Shown here: piece after piece, positions 35,165-45,995 of the stretch
How the letters are laid out: every line of letters begins with the position of its first letter
Position numbering within the stretch: the first letter of the stretch is position 1
Assembly: GCA_963760125.1 (NCBI GenBank)
Contig: CAVXBV010000002.1
Span: forward strand, 109,244 to 173,243
Direction: 5' to 3'
Origin: an uncultured Actinomycetota bacterium
GTDB taxonomy: Bacteria; Actinomycetota; Actinomycetes; Mycobacteriales; SCTD01
Length of the DNA: 64,000 bases
Position numbers and translations under genes: made by a program
Notes under the pieces: model-generated
What the model was told of the DNA's origin: nothing
The model's input: the letters and a program-made list of their open reading frames with translations, nothing else
Database searches by the model: none

Positions 35165-37477
35165 TCAAGAATGCGCGGAAGTCCGCACTTCCTGCTTTTC
35201 CCACCGCCGGGTGAGCTCCTCAGGGGGGAGCGCCGCGGCGTACAGGAAGCCCTGCCCGAGGCGGCAGCCCAGCTCGCGCAGCCGGGCAGCCTGGGCCGGC
35301 AGCTCGATGCCCTCGGCGACGACGTCGAGGTCGAGCGCCTCCGCCAGGGTCATGACCGCCGCGGCCAGGGCCCCCTGCCGTGCCCCGAGGTGGAGGTCCT
35401 GCACGAAGCACCGGTCGATCTTGACGATGTCGACCGGGATCTTCTGCAGGTAGCCCAGGGCGGAGTAGCCCGTGCCGAAGTCGTCGAGGGCGATCCGGAC
35501 CCCGAGCTCGCGGAGGGCGGCCAGGCGCGGGCCGATGCTCACCACGTCCCCCATGAGGACCGTCTCGGTGATCTCGAGGACGAGGCACGAGGGATCGAGG
35601 CCGGTGTCACGCAGGGCCTCCCGGACGACGTCGACCAGGTCTCCGTCGGCCAGCTGCACGGCGGAGAGGTTGACCGAGAGGGTGAGCCGGCCGGTGAGGT
35701 TCCACGTGGCGGCGTGCGCGCAGGCCGTGCGCAGCACCTGCCGACCCAGGTGACCGACGAGCCCGCTCTCCTCAGCCAGCGGGACGAACACGCCGGGCGA
35801 GACCGCCACACCGTCCTTGGTCCACCGGGCCAGGGCCTCCACGCCGGTCAGCCGACCGGTCCCGAGGTCCACGATCGGCTGGAACCACGGCCGGATGTCA
35901 CCGGCGAGCAGCGCCTGGCGCAGGTCGGCCTCCAGCGCGACCCGGGCGAGCAGCTCGTCGCGCATCGAGGGCACGAACACGCAGAGCTGGTCCTTGCCGG
36001 CGTCCTTGGCGGCGTACATCGCGACGTCGGCGTTGCGCAGCAGCGCCTCGGGGGTGTCGCCCGGGGCGGAGAGCACCAGTCCGACGCTGCCGGTGAGCGC
36101 GAGGGTGCGGGCCCCCAGATCGACCGGGACCGTGAGGGTCTGCAGGATCTGGTGACCGAGCTGCCAGGCGTCGCGCTCGGTCACCGGTCCCGGGAGGAGG
36201 AAGGCGAACTCGTCGCCCCCCAGGCGGGCCGGGAGGACGCCGGCCGGGAGGCCGTGGGACAGCCGGTGGCCGAGGACTTCCAGCAGGCGGTCTCCGGCGT
36301 CGTGACCGAGGCTGTCGTTGACCTGCTTGAAGCCGTCGAGGTCCAGCAGCGCCACGACGACCGGGCCCGCCAGGAGCTCGCTGGCCATGCGGTCGAACAA
36401 CCGGGCGCGGTTGGGCAGGCCGGTCAGCGAGTCCGTCCACGCCTGCGCCTGCAGCCGCTCCGTCGTCCGCGAGAGCTCCCGGGTGCGCTCGGCGACCGTG
36501 ACCTCCAGCCCGCGGGACAGCCGGCTGTTCTCGGCGAGCGCGAGTCCTTGACGCAGCAGCACCGACGCGAAGATCACGAAGCCGAGCCCACGGCTGACGT
36601 CGTCGGTCCCCTTCTCGCGGAGCGCGTCGTTGATCGCCAGCGCCGCCAGCAGGACCAGCGGCACGAACGGGAGGGCGGCACGCCAACCGGTCGGCGGCCG
36701 CTCGGGGACGTCGACCCGGGCCGCACCCCGGTCGAGGTGGGCACCGAGCGCCAGGAAGACGAACCCCACACCCCAGGCAGCATCGATCGGGTTGCCCGGC
36801 TGCCAGCTGCCGCTCTGGGCCAGCAGCCCGTAGACAGTGTGGCCGACCGCACCGGACGCCAGGCACGCCGCGACCCACGCGAGCGGGCGGTCGGTGGCGC
36901 TCCGGGCGCGCAGCCCCACGAGCACCAGCAGGGTCAGCACGACGACGTCGAGGGCCGGGTACGCCAGGCCGAGGAGCTGAGCCAGGCCGGGGGCACCCGC
37001 GGCGGCGTACGCGTCGCCGAGGGCGAGCCGCCAGGAGACCGCGAGCAGGGAGGCGCCGACGAGGATGCCGTCGGCGACGAGGCGCAGGAGCCCGAACGCG
37101 GGCCGGGGAGCGCTGGGGTGCATGAGCAGGGCGGCGAGCAGGAACGGGACGCAGGCGACGTACCCGACGTCCGGGAGGCCGGGGAACGGGACGGCGGTCC
37201 CGACGACGAGCTCGTACCAGCACCAGGCGACCTGGCCGAGGGCCCACGTGCCGGCGAAGGCAGCGAACAGCGCCCAGCTGCTCCGCGCCCGGCCCTGGCA
37301 GCGGCGCGCGGCCCCCAGACACAGGCCCGAGGCCACGAGCGGGGCGATCAGGTTGCCGAGGTCATCGACCCAGATCGCCGTACGGCTCCCGGTGTGGAAG
37401 GTGACGACCACGAGGTAGGTCACGGACCAGAGGAGGGCAGCGAGCAGCACGCGACGGCGACCCGGGACACGCTGCAT
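35165..37477 (-). CDS. Membrane-bound GGDEF-EAL protein (diguanylate cyclase/phosphodiesterase) with a ~330-aa polytopic N-terminal domain
   Basis: About 10 TM helices, then RLGGDEFAFLL and the EAL core (LVLEITETVL, ALDDFGTGYSALGYL, VKIDRCFV). Start is at the internal ATG 37477, downstream of the lysS stop codon. Confidence 0.88.
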   Translation of the reverse strand: MQRVPGRRRVLLAALLWSVTYLVVVTFHTGSRTAIWVDDLGNLIAPLVASGLCLGAARRCQGRARSSWALFAAFAGTWALGQVAWCWYELVVGTAVPFPGLPDVGYVACVPFLLAALLMHPSAPRPAFGLLRLVADGILVGASLLAVSWRLALGDAYAAAGAPGLAQLLGLAYPALDVVVLTLLVLVGLRARSATDRPLAWVAACLASGAVGHTVYGLLAQSGSWQPGNPIDAAWGVGFVFLALGAHLDRGAARVDVPERPPTGWRAALPFVPLVLLAALAINDALREKGTDDVSRGLGFVIFASVLLRQGLALAENSRLSRGLEVTVAERTRELSRTTERLQAQAWTDSLTGLPNRARLFDRMASELLAGPVVVALLDLDGFKQVNDSLGHDAGDRLLEVLGHRLSHGLPAGVLPARLGGDEFAFLLPGPVTERDAWQLGHQILQTLTVPVDLGARTLALTGSVGLVLSAPGDTPEALLRNADVAMYAAKDAGKDQLCVFVPSMRDELLARVALEADLRQALLAGDIRPWFQPIVDLGTGRLTGVEALARWTKDGVAVSPGVFVPLAEESGLVGHLGRQVLRTACAHAATWNLTGRLTLSVNLSAVQLADGDLVDVVREALRDTGLDPSCLVLEITETVLMGDVVSIGPRLAALRELGVRIALDDFGTGYSALGYLQKIPVDIVKIDRCFVQDLHLGARQGALAAAVMTLAEALDLDVVAEGIELPAQAARLRELGCRLGQGFLYAAALPPEELTRRWEKQEVRTSAHS

Positions 37478-37514
37478 GCCTTCCCATCGGCAGGTCGTGG
37501 TCGTTCGTGAAGCC

Positions 37515-39029
37515 TCAGCCGGGGCGTAGGAGGGGGAACAGCACGACCTCACGGGCGGGCAGCCCTGTGAGCAGCATGACGAGGCGGTCCAGGCCCATGC
37601 CCTGTCCGCCCATGGGGGGAGCGCCGTGCTCCAGAGCGCGCAGGAAGTCCTCGTCGAGCTGCATCGCCTCGGGATCGCCGGCCGCCGCCTTGAGCGACTG
37701 CGCGGTGAGCCGACGCCGCTGCTCGACCGGGTCGACGAGCTCGGAGTAGCCCGTCGCCAGCTCGACACCGCCGATGACGAGGTCCCACGCCTCGGCCAAC
37801 CGCGGGTCGTCGCGGTGGCCACGAGCCAGCGGACGGGCGTCGACGGGGTAGTCCTTGACGAAGGTGGGCTGGATCAGCGTGTGCTCGACCAGCTTCTCGA
37901 ACAGCTCGAGGGCGATCTCCCCCGCCGACCAGCCAGGCTGCAACGCGACGTCGTGCGCGTCCGCGAGGGTGGTGAGGGTCCCCGCGTCGGTACCGGCGTC
38001 GACCGTCGTGCCGGTGGCCTCGCTGACGAGCTCGAAGAGCGTCGCGGTCCGCCACGGCTGCTCGAGGTCGACCTGACCCTCGCACACGACGGTCCGTCCG
38101 ACGACGCGCGCGCAGGCCAGGATCATCTCGCGCGTCAGGTCCGCGACGGTGTCGTAGTCGCCGTACGCCTCGTAGAACTCGAGCATCGTGAACTCGGGCA
38201 GATGGGTGGCGTCCATGCCCTCGTTGCGGAAGTTCTTGCCGATCTCGAAGACCCGGTCGAGTCCGCCGACGACCGCACGCTTGAGGTAGAGCTCGAGGGC
38301 GATGCGCAGCGTCATGTCGAGGTCGAGCGCGTTGAGGTGGGTGCGGAACGGCCGGGCCGCGGCGCCGCCGTGCATCATCTGCAGCGTGGGCGTCTCGATC
38401 TCGATGTAGTCGCCGTCCTGCAGCACCTGCCGGACCGTCGCGATGATGCGCGACCGGTCGCGGAACAGCTGCCGGCTGTCGGCGTTCACGGCGAGGTCGA
38501 CGTAGCGCTGCCTCACGCGCGCCTCAGGGTCGACGAGGCCCTTGTGCTTGTCGGGCAGCGGACGCAACGCCTTGCTGGTGAGCAGCCAGTCGGTCGCGAG
38601 GACGCTGAGCTCGCCGCGCTTGCTGGTGATGACCTCGCCGGTGATGCCGACGTGGTCGCCGAGGTCGACGTCGGACTTCCAGGCCGCGAGCCGCTCCTCC
38701 CCGACGCCGGCGAGGCTGATCATCACCTGCAGGGTGGCCTCACCCTCGGTGAGGGTGGCGAAGCAGAGCTTGCCGCCGGTCCGGCTGAGCAGGACCCGCC
38801 CGGTGATGCCGACCGTCTCACCGGTCTGGGTGTCCTCGGGAAGCCCCTGGTGCGTGGCGCGCACGTCCGCAAGGCTCGTGGTCCGGGGGTAGCCGAGGGC
38901 GTACGGCGGGGTGCCCGCCGCGACCAGCCGGTCGTACTTCTCGCGCCGGATCCGCACCTGCTCCGGCAGTTCGGCCTCGAAGGCCTGCTGGGGGCTGGTG
39001 TCCGCGCTCTGGTCGGGGGTCTGGCTCAC
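37515..39029 (-). CDS. lysS: Lysine--tRNA ligase (class II)
   Basis: OB-fold N-domain and class II motifs (FRNEGMDATHLPEFTMLE, ...GGQGMGLDRLVMLL). Confidence 0.95.
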   Translation of the reverse strand: MSQTPDQSADTSPQQAFEAELPEQVRIRREKYDRLVAAGTPPYALGYPRTTSLADVRATHQGLPEDTQTGETVGITGRVLLSRTGGKLCFATLTEGEATLQVMISLAGVGEERLAAWKSDVDLGDHVGITGEVITSKRGELSVLATDWLLTSKALRPLPDKHKGLVDPEARVRQRYVDLAVNADSRQLFRDRSRIIATVRQVLQDGDYIEIETPTLQMMHGGAAARPFRTHLNALDLDMTLRIALELYLKRAVVGGLDRVFEIGKNFRNEGMDATHLPEFTMLEFYEAYGDYDTVADLTREMILACARVVGRTVVCEGQVDLEQPWRTATLFELVSEATGTTVDAGTDAGTLTTLADAHDVALQPGWSAGEIALELFEKLVEHTLIQPTFVKDYPVDARPLARGHRDDPRLAEAWDLVIGGVELATGYSELVDPVEQRRRLTAQSLKAAAGDPEAMQLDEDFLRALEHGAPPMGGQGMGLDRLVMLLTGLPAREVVLFPLLRPG

Positions 39030-39121
39030 CCCCCGACCCTATCGGCGCCCCGCCCCCGGCCCCGCTGCGTCATCACGCGCGAGCGCGGCGTCCCCTGAGT
39101 CCTGAGGACGCGCGATGAGGG

Positions 39122-39883
39122 TCAGGTGTTCTTCTCGTAGACCAGCCGCAGGCCGATCAGGGTGAGGTCCGGCTCGTGGTGGTCGAAGCTCTCGCACAGG
39201 TCGAACATCAGGTGGGACAGCCCGCCGGTCGCGATGACGATCGGCGCTTTCGGCCCACCCATCTCCCGCGCGATGCGCGCCACCATCCCGTCGACCTGCG
39301 ACGCGAAGCCGTACACCAGCCCGCTCTGCAGCGCCTCGACGGTCGACTTGCCGATGACCGAGCGGGGCTCGACCAGCTCGACCTTGAACAGCCGCGCGGC
39401 CCGGGCCGCGAGCGCGTCGACGGAGATCTCGACGCCGGGGGCCAGCGCCCCCCCGAGGAACTCCCCCTTGGCCGACACCACGTCGAAGTTGGTCGACGTC
39501 CCGAAGTCCACGACGATCGCCGGCCCGCCGTACAGCGTGTGGGCGGCCAGGGTGTTCACGACGCGGTCGGGCCCGACCTCCTTGGGGTTGTCGTAGAGCA
39601 GCGGGACGCCGGTCTTGATGCCCGGGCCCACGACGACGGTCCGGGCGTCGGCGTAGTAGCGGTCGAACATCTGCCGCAGCTGGTCGAGCACCTGCGGGAC
39701 GGTCGAGCAGACGGCGACGCCGTCGGGCTCCGGGTGGCGCGAGAGCAGGCCGTGGAACAGCAGCGCCAATTCGTCGGCCGTGACGCGGGCGTCCGTCCGC
39801 AGCCGGTACGACGAGAACAGGTGCTCGCCGTCGAACAGGCCCAGCACGATGTTGGTGTTCCCGACGTCGACGGTGAGCAGCAC
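39122..39883 (-). CDS. coaX: Type III pantothenate kinase
   Basis: LLTVDVGNTNIVLGLF...VVDFGTSTNFDVV...IATGG. Confidence 0.93.
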   Translation of the reverse strand: MLLTVDVGNTNIVLGLFDGEHLFSSYRLRTDARVTADELALLFHGLLSRHPEPDGVAVCSTVPQVLDQLRQMFDRYYADARTVVVGPGIKTGVPLLYDNPKEVGPDRVVNTLAAHTLYGGPAIVVDFGTSTNFDVVSAKGEFLGGALAPGVEISVDALAARAARLFKVELVEPRSVIGKSTVEALQSGLVYGFASQVDGMVARIAREMGGPKAPIVIATGGLSHLMFDLCESFDHHEPDLTLIGLRLVYEKNT

Positions 39884-39884
39884 C

Positions 39885-40775
39885 TCAACCCACCGGGCGC
39901 AGGTCGAGCCCGAGGTCCAGGACCGGCGCGGAGTGGGTCAGCGCACCCACCGACAGGAAGTCCACACCGGTCTCCGCCACTGCCCGGGCCCGCTCGAGGG
40001 TCAACCCCCCGGAGGCCTCGGTGCGGACGCCGCGCGGCCGGCAGATCGCCACGGCGGCACGCAGCGCCTCGAGGTCCATGTTGTCGAGCAGCACGAGGTC
40101 GGCACCGGCCTCGACGACCGCCGCGACCTGCTCGACCGTGTCGCACTCCACCTCGACGTCGAGGTCGGGCCACATGAGGCGCACCGCCTCGAAGGCCTGC
40201 GTCACCCCACCGGCAGCGACGACGTGGTTGTCCTTCACCAGGGCGGCGTCGGACAACGACCTCCGGTGGTTGACGCCCCCGCCGACGACCACGGCTGCCT
40301 TCTCGAGCGCGCGCAGCCCTGGCGTGGTCTTGCGGGTGTCGCGGATGCGGGCGCCCGTCCCCTCGACGGCCTCGACCCAGCGGGCCGTCGTCGACGCGAC
40401 CCCGGACAGGTGGCAGAGCAGGTTCAGCGCCGAGCGCTCGGCGGTGAGCAGCGTCCGGACCAGACCCGTCACCTGCAGCACGGTCGTCCCCGCCGCGGCC
40501 GGCCCGTCCGCCCCGACCAGGTCCCACACCACGTCGTCGTCGGCGACCGCGTCGACGCAGGCCATCGCCACAGCGATCCCCGCGACCACGCCGGCCACCC
40601 GGGGGACGAACGCCGCCGTACCCTCCTGGTCGAACGGCACGGTCGCGACGCTCGTCACGTCGACGCCACCGGCAAGGTCCTCCTCGACGGTGGCCCGCGC
40701 GAGGTCCTCGACGGCGACGGGGTCGAGGCCGGCGAGCGAGAGCGCCGCCAGGGTGGGTTCGGACAGCACGGTCAT
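39885..40775 (-). CDS. nadC: Nicotinate-nucleotide diphosphorylase (carboxylating)
   Basis: LLTAERSALNLLCHLSGVAS...IRDTRKTTPGLRALEK.AVVVGGGVNHR...VKDNH...LLDNM. ATGA overlap with nadB. Confidence 0.92.
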   Translation of the reverse strand: MTVLSEPTLAALSLAGLDPVAVEDLARATVEEDLAGGVDVTSVATVPFDQEGTAAFVPRVAGVVAGIAVAMACVDAVADDDVVWDLVGADGPAAAGTTVLQVTGLVRTLLTAERSALNLLCHLSGVASTTARWVEAVEGTGARIRDTRKTTPGLRALEKAAVVVGGGVNHRRSLSDAALVKDNHVVAAGGVTQAFEAVRLMWPDLDVEVECDTVEQVAAVVEAGADLVLLDNMDLEALRAAVAICRPRGVRTEASGGLTLERARAVAETGVDFLSVGALTHSAPVLDLGLDLRPVG

Positions 40776-42391
40776 TCCTCCAGGGCAGTGAGCGAGGTGC
40801 GGTAGGTCGTGCCGGCGAGCGTCGTGACCAGGTGGCCACGCCACGCCTCGGACGGTTCGGGGAAGTCCTCTCGCCAGTGCGCGCCGCGGGTCTCCTCGCG
40901 ACGGGTCGCGGCGGCCACGAGCGCGGAGGCGAGAGCGTGCAGGCCCGTGGACTCCCACGCCGCCGGCGACGGCGACGTGGACGCACACGACTCCAGGGCC
41001 ATCAGCGATGTCGCCGTCGCCGCAAGGGAGTCCGCGGACCGGAGCACTCCGGCTCCTTGGGTCATGGCTGCGGCGACCTCGGCCCGCGTGCTGGGGTCGA
41101 GCAGCACCCGGTCCTCAGCTTGCGCGACCGGCAGCCCCGGCGAGGCGAGCCCGCGCGCGAGGTCCGCACCGATGCGGCCGGCGAACACCAGCCCCTCGAG
41201 CAGGGAGTTGGACGCCAGCCGGTTCGCGCCGTGCACGCCGGTGCAGGCGACCTCACCACAGGCGTAGAGACCCGGCACGCTGGTGCGCCCATCGAGGTCG
41301 GTGATGACGCCGCCGCTGGCGTAGTGGGCGGCTGGAGCGACAGGGATGAGGTCGGTCACCGGGTCGACGCCATCCTCCCGGCACCGGGCCACGATCGTCG
41401 GGAAACGCGCGGCCAGCCCAGGAACGCCTCGCGCGTCGAGGAACACGTGGTCGGTCCCGAGCTGCTGCATCCGCCGGTGGATGGCCTTCGCCACGACGTC
41501 GCGGGGCGCGAGATCAGCCAGCTCGTGGTCGGCCTTGGTGATGACCCGTCGCCCCTCGGTGTCCACGAGGAACGCGCCCTCTCCCCGGACGGCCTCGCTG
41601 ATCAAGGGCTGCTGGCCGGTCGACCCCACGCCCAGCCACATGACGGTCGGGTGGAACTGCACGAACTCCAGGTCCGTCACCTCCGCGCCGGCCCGGAGGG
41701 CGAGGGCGACCCCGTCGCCGGTCGAGACGCTCGGGTTGGTGGTGCTGCTGAACACCTGGCCCATACCGCCGGTGGCGAGGACGACAGCACGCGCGTGCAC
41801 CGCACCGACACCGTCCTGCGTGCCCTCACCGAGGACGTGGAGCGTCACGCCCGCCGTCCTCCCCGTGGCGTCCTGGAGCAGGTCGAGGACGAGGGCGTGC
41901 TCGATGAGCCGGATCCGCGGGTGGGCGTGAACCGCCGCCACCAGGGCTCGGGAGACCTCGGCGCCCGTCGCGTCGCCGCCCGCGTGCACGATGCGGTCCC
42001 GGTGATGGCCGCCCTCGCGGGTGAGGAGCAACGCGCCGCTGGGGTCGAGGTCGAACGCGGCGCCGAGCGCGATGAGCTCGCGCAGCCGGGCCGGTCCCTC
42101 CTCGCACAGGACGTGCACGGCAGCCAGGTCGCACAGGCCGGCGCCGGCCGTCAACGTGTCCTCTTCGTGCTCGAGAGGAGAGTCGTCCGCGCCCAGCGCC
42201 GCCGCGACACCGCCTTGGGCCCAGCGGGTCGAGCCGTCGTCGACCCGCACCTTCGTGACCACGAGGACGTCGTACGTCAGTGCGGCGTGGAGGGCCGTCA
42301 TCAGACCGGCGACGCCGGAGCCGACCACGACGACGTCGGCAGTGGTGACCCAACCCGGGTCGGGGGCAAGCAGCCGCGACGCGCGCGTCAC
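40772..42391 (-). CDS. nadB: L-aspartate oxidase
   Basis: [14 protein letters not shown] motif, TRWAQGG, HYASGGV and [14 protein letters not shown] overlap with panD. Confidence 0.93.
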   Translation of the reverse strand: MTRASRLLAPDPGWVTTADVVVVGSGVAGLMTALHAALTYDVLVVTKVRVDDGSTRWAQGGVAAALGADDSPLEHEEDTLTAGAGLCDLAAVHVLCEEGPARLRELIALGAAFDLDPSGALLLTREGGHHRDRIVHAGGDATGAEVSRALVAAVHAHPRIRLIEHALVLDLLQDATGRTAGVTLHVLGEGTQDGVGAVHARAVVLATGGMGQVFSSTTNPSVSTGDGVALALRAGAEVTDLEFVQFHPTVMWLGVGSTGQQPLISEAVRGEGAFLVDTEGRRVITKADHELADLAPRDVVAKAIHRRMQQLGTDHVFLDARGVPGLAARFPTIVARCREDGVDPVTDLIPVAPAAHYASGGVITDLDGRTSVPGLYACGEVACTGVHGANRLASNSLLEGLVFAGRIGADLARGLASPGLPVAQAEDRVLLDPSTRAEVAAAMTQGAGVLRSADSLAATATSLMALESCASTSPSPAAWESTGLHALASALVAAATRREETRGAHWREDFPEPSEAWRGHLVTTLAGTTYRTSLTALEE

Positions 42392-42864
42392 CAGACCAGG
42401 GTGGGATCGTCGTCGTACGAACCCGTGTGCGGCACCTCGCGCGGGTCCGCGGGGTAGCGCAGGTCGCCGCGCTGAAGACCGGACTGCGGCAGCGCCTCGG
42501 CAGGGTCGTGGCCCGTGCCGATGACCTTGTTGTCGGCGTCGACGAAGACGACGCGGGGCTGGCGGGTGCGGGCCTCCTCGTCGTCCATCTGCCCGTAGGC
42601 GATGAGGATGACCAGGTCGCCAGGGTGGATGAGCCGCGCGGCCGCCCCGTTGATGCCGATGACACCGGACCCCCGGGGACCGCTGATGACGTAGGTCTCC
42701 AGGCGGGCACCGTTGGTGACATCGACGATCGCCACCTTCTCCCCGGCGTAGAGGTCCGCCGCATCGAGCAGGTCCTGGTCGACGGTGACCGAGCCGACGT
42801 AGTGCAGGTCGGCCTGGGTCACGGTCGCGCGATGGATCTTGCTCGTGAGCATGGTGCGCAGCAT
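42388..42864 (-). CDS. panD: Aspartate 1-decarboxylase (pyruvoyl), with a C-terminal tail
   Basis: [29 protein letters not shown] (the G-S self-cleavage site). 1-nt overlap with panC. Confidence 0.95.
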   Translation of the reverse strand: MLRTMLTSKIHRATVTQADLHYVGSVTVDQDLLDAADLYAGEKVAIVDVTNGARLETYVISGPRGSGVIGINGAAARLIHPGDLVILIAYGQMDDEEARTRQPRVVFVDADNKVIGTGHDPAEALPQSGLQRGDLRYPADPREVPHTGSYDDDPTLVW

Positions 42865-43655
42865 CAGCGGGAGTCTTCCTGGAGGGGGAGGTTGTCGATC
42901 AGCCGGGTCGTACCCACCGTCGCAGCAACCACCATCAGGTCGCCGTCGGGTGTCACCTCGAAGGTCGTGGAGTCCACGATCTCGAGGTAGTCGAGGTCGG
43001 CCGGCTGCCCGAGGAACAGGGCCCGGCCCTTCGCCAGGTCGCGGGTCGTCAGCGCCTGGCTGAGCAGCAGCGCGGTCGTGCGCTGCTCCGGGGTGAGGTA
43101 GCGGTTGCGGCTCGACAGCGCGAGCCCGTCGGGCTCGCGGACCGTCGGCACCGCGACGACCTGCACGGGGACGTCGAGGTCCGCGACCATCCGCCGGATG
43201 GCGCTGAGCTGCTGGGCGTCCTTCTGCCCGAACAGCGCGACGTCCGGCTGCGTGAGGTGCAGCAGCTTGAGCACGACGGTGAGCACGCCGTCGAAGTGGC
43301 CCGGGCGGGACGCGCCCTCGAAGCCCTCGCCGAGGCTGCCGGCACTGACCCGGACCACCGGGTCGCGCGGGTAGACGACCTCCGGGGTCGGCGTGAACAC
43401 CACGTCGGCGAGGCCGTCGAGGAGTGCGAGGTCCTGCTCGAGGGTGCGCGGGTAGCGATCGAGGTCCTCGCCCGCGCCGAACTGCAGCGGGTTCACGAAG
43501 ATCGTCACGACGACGTGGTCCGCGAGCTCTCGCGCCTCGCGCACCAGGGTCACGTGGCCCTCGTGCAGCGCGCCCATGGTCATGACGACGGCGACGCGAC
43601 CGGTCAGGTCCTTGCGCACCGTGACCAGGTCCGCACGACTGCTGACGACCCTCAT
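42864..43655 (-). CDS. panC: Pantoate--beta-alanine ligase
   Basis: [30 protein letters not shown] and [10 protein letters not shown]. Confidence 0.95.
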   Translation of the reverse strand: MRVVSSRADLVTVRKDLTGRVAVVMTMGALHEGHVTLVREARELADHVVVTIFVNPLQFGAGEDLDRYPRTLEQDLALLDGLADVVFTPTPEVVYPRDPVVRVSAGSLGEGFEGASRPGHFDGVLTVVLKLLHLTQPDVALFGQKDAQQLSAIRRMVADLDVPVQVVAVPTVREPDGLALSSRNRYLTPEQRTTALLLSQALTTRDLAKGRALFLGQPADLDYLEIVDSTTFEVTPDGDLMVVAATVGTTRLIDNLPLQEDSR

Positions 43656-44518
43656 GCAAGGACCCCCAACAGCTCGTCCGCCTGAGCAGCGCGCAGGCGC
43701 CCGCTGGCGAGCGCGCGGTCGGCGGTGAGGCGGGCGAGGGCGAGGTAGGCCGGGCGCACGTCGTCTGGCAGGACCGCGAGGTGCGCCGCCACGGTGCCCG
43801 CGTCGCCGCGACTGACCGGACCGGTGAGCGCGGCGTCGCCCGCCCGGAGCGCGCCGTCGAGGGCCGCCGTCAGGAGCGGGGCGAGGACGGCGCCCGGGTC
43901 CTCGGCACCGGCAGCCCGCAGCAGGTCGGCAGCACTGCTGACCACGGTGACGAGGTGGTTCGCGCCGTGGGCCAGCGCCGCGTGCCACAGCGGCCGCAGC
44001 GCGTCGTCGACCCAGACCGGCTCGCCGCCCATCTCGAGCACCAGCGCCTCCGCGATGGGCCGCAGCACGTCAGGAGCCGTGATGCCGAAGCAGGCGCCGT
44101 GCAGCCGGTCGAGGTCGGTGCTCGTGCCGCTGAACGGCAAGGCGGGGTGCAGGGCCAGCAGCAGGGCACGGGCCGGCTCGAGCACCTGCAGGCCGTGGCG
44201 GCCGCTGACGTGCGCCACCAGCTGGCCGGGGGTGAAGGTGTCGAGGTCCGCCAGCCCGGTGACCAGCCCGGGCAGGACGTCGTCGGGGACCGCGAGCAGC
44301 ACGAGCCCTGCAGCGCGGACCACGTCGTCCGGGGTGCGGACGGGCACCCCCGGCAGCATCGCGGCCGCGCGGGCCTGGCTCGCCTCGCTGACGGCGCTCA
44401 CCGCCACCACCTCGTGACCCGCCCGCTGGAGCGCAGCCCCCAGCACCGAGCCCACGCGGCCGCAGCCGACCACGCCGACGCGCAGGCGGGCAGCGTCGGG
44501 ACGCGCGGTCGCGTTCAT
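43652..44518 (-). CDS. Rossmann-like plus DUF2520 domain protein (Rv3603c-type, pan-cluster associated)
   Basis: [17 protein letters not shown]...LLAVPDD...HVSG. ATGA overlap with panC. The start was chosen at ATG 44518. Confidence 0.7.
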   Translation of the reverse strand: MNATARPDAARLRVGVVGCGRVGSVLGAALQRAGHEVVAVSAVSEASQARAAAMLPGVPVRTPDDVVRAAGLVLLAVPDDVLPGLVTGLADLDTFTPGQLVAHVSGRHGLQVLEPARALLLALHPALPFSGTSTDLDRLHGACFGITAPDVLRPIAEALVLEMGGEPVWVDDALRPLWHAALAHGANHLVTVVSSAADLLRAAGAEDPGAVLAPLLTAALDGALRAGDAALTGPVSRGDAGTVAAHLAVLPDDVRPAYLALARLTADRALASGRLRAAQADELLGVLA

Positions 44519-44635
44519 CAGGGGGGTCGTTCCAGTCCTCGAAGGGGGTACCGGACGTGTGCTGGCCAAGCGTAACGCTGCTGCCGCACGGGGCAAGCGG
44601 TTGTGGCTGAGGTCACCCGCACGTTCAGCGGCCGG

Positions 44636-45097
44636 TCAACCGATCAGGTCGTACCCGCCCTGGGTGGGGTCGGCCCGTCCTCCCTGCCCGTCAGCAGGCA
44701 GGATCGTCTGCGTGCACCGACTGCTCGCCAGCAGGCGCTCCTCGGCGTCGAACAGCTCGGCGCTGCAGAAGGCCAGGCGACTGGTCCGCTTGACCACCAC
44801 GCCGCGTGCCGTCAGCGGCCCGGGTCGGGTGGCCCGGTAGAACTCGACCCGCAGGTCCGCGGTGAGGAACACCTCCCCGGGCTTCAGGGTCGACCAGCAG
44901 GCCGCCCCCATTGCCGAGTCGAGCAGCGTGGTCACCATGCCGCCGTGGATGACCTGACCGGACGCCGTGGGGAAGCCGTACTCCCTGGTGGCCGTGCAGG
45001 TCAGCACCGACCGGCCGCCGCCCCGTTCCACGATCTGCATGCCGAGCGTCGCTCCGATGTGGACCCCGTCGTACTCCGTCTCCGTCACGAGGGGCAT
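44636..45097 (-). CDS. PaaI/hotdog-fold thioesterase family protein
   Basis: ...GQVIHGGMVTTLLDSAMGAA...LTADLRVEFYRA..., 153 aa. Confidence 0.7.
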   Translation of the reverse strand: MPLVTETEYDGVHIGATLGMQIVERGGGRSVLTCTATREYGFPTASGQVIHGGMVTTLLDSAMGAACWSTLKPGEVFLTADLRVEFYRATRPGPLTARGVVVKRTSRLAFCSAELFDAEERLLASSRCTQTILPADGQGGRADPTQGGYDLIG

Positions 45098-45995
45098 GCT
45101 CGCACCCGTGGCTGGTCGGGCGTGGGGGGAGGCGTGGCAGGACGCGCTCTACGGCTCCTCGGGCTTCTTCCGGCGGGAGGACCCGGCCGATCACTTCCGC
45201 ACCAACGCGGCCGTGCCGCTGTTCGCCGAGGCGGTCCGGGCGCTGGCCGAGCGGGTGGACGAGGCGCTCGGCTTCCCGGACCCGTTCGACGTGGTCGATG
45301 TCGGTGCGGGACGGGGCGGACTGCTGCGCGCCCTGGGCGAGGTGCCGGCCCGCTGGCGTCTCACCGGGGTCGACGTGGCCGACGCTGACGTGCCGTTCAC
45401 CTGGCGGCACCAGATCCCCGCAGTGACAGGCCTTCTGCTGGCCAACGAGTGGCTCGACGCGATCCCGCTGGACGTGCTGGAGGACGGCCGGCTGGTCTTG
45501 GTGGACCAGGAGGGCACCGAGTCCCTCGGTGCTCGGTCGACGTCCGGGTGGGCCGCGACGTGGTGGCCGGCGGGCGGTCGCGTCGAGGTCGGAGCGCCCC
45601 GGGACCTCGCTTGGGCCGCTGCCGTCGCGCGTCTGCGGCAGGGGGCTGCCGTGGCGATCGACTACGACCACGACCTGTCGGCCCGCAGGCCGACGCTCAC
45701 GGGCTACCTCCACGGCCGGCAGGTCCCCCCGGTGCCGGACGGGTCGTGCGACCTCACCGCGCACGTCGCCCTCGACTCCTGCAGGGCGGCCGGCGGCGGC
45801 GTGGTGATCCGGCAACGAGCGGCCCTGGCAGCACTCGGGATCAGCGCGCGCCTCCCCTCGCCCAGCGATCCGTCGTACGCCGTGGCGCTGGAGCGGGCGT
45901 CGCAGGCGCGCGAGCTGCTGGACCCCGACGCCCTGGGGGGCTTCGGCTGGCTGGTCCACGGCGTCGGCGTGGACCTTGGTTGGATGACCGGATGA
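45096..45995 (+). CDS. MidA / NDUFAF7-family (DUF185) SAM-dependent methyltransferase
   Basis: ALYGSSGFF...HFRT..., [15 protein letters not shown] and [17 protein letters not shown] are family hallmarks. Start is ATG 45096 or GTG 45108. Confidence 0.75.
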   Translation: MLAPVAGRAWGEAWQDALYGSSGFFRREDPADHFRTNAAVPLFAEAVRALAERVDEALGFPDPFDVVDVGAGRGGLLRALGEVPARWRLTGVDVADADVPFTWRHQIPAVTGLLLANEWLDAIPLDVLEDGRLVLVDQEGTESLGARSTSGWAATWWPAGGRVEVGAPRDLAWAAAVARLRQGAAVAIDYDHDLSARRPTLTGYLHGRQVPPVPDGSCDLTAHVALDSCRAAGGGVVIRQRAALAALGISARLPSPSDPSYAVALERASQARELLDPDALGGFGWLVHGVGVDLGWMTG

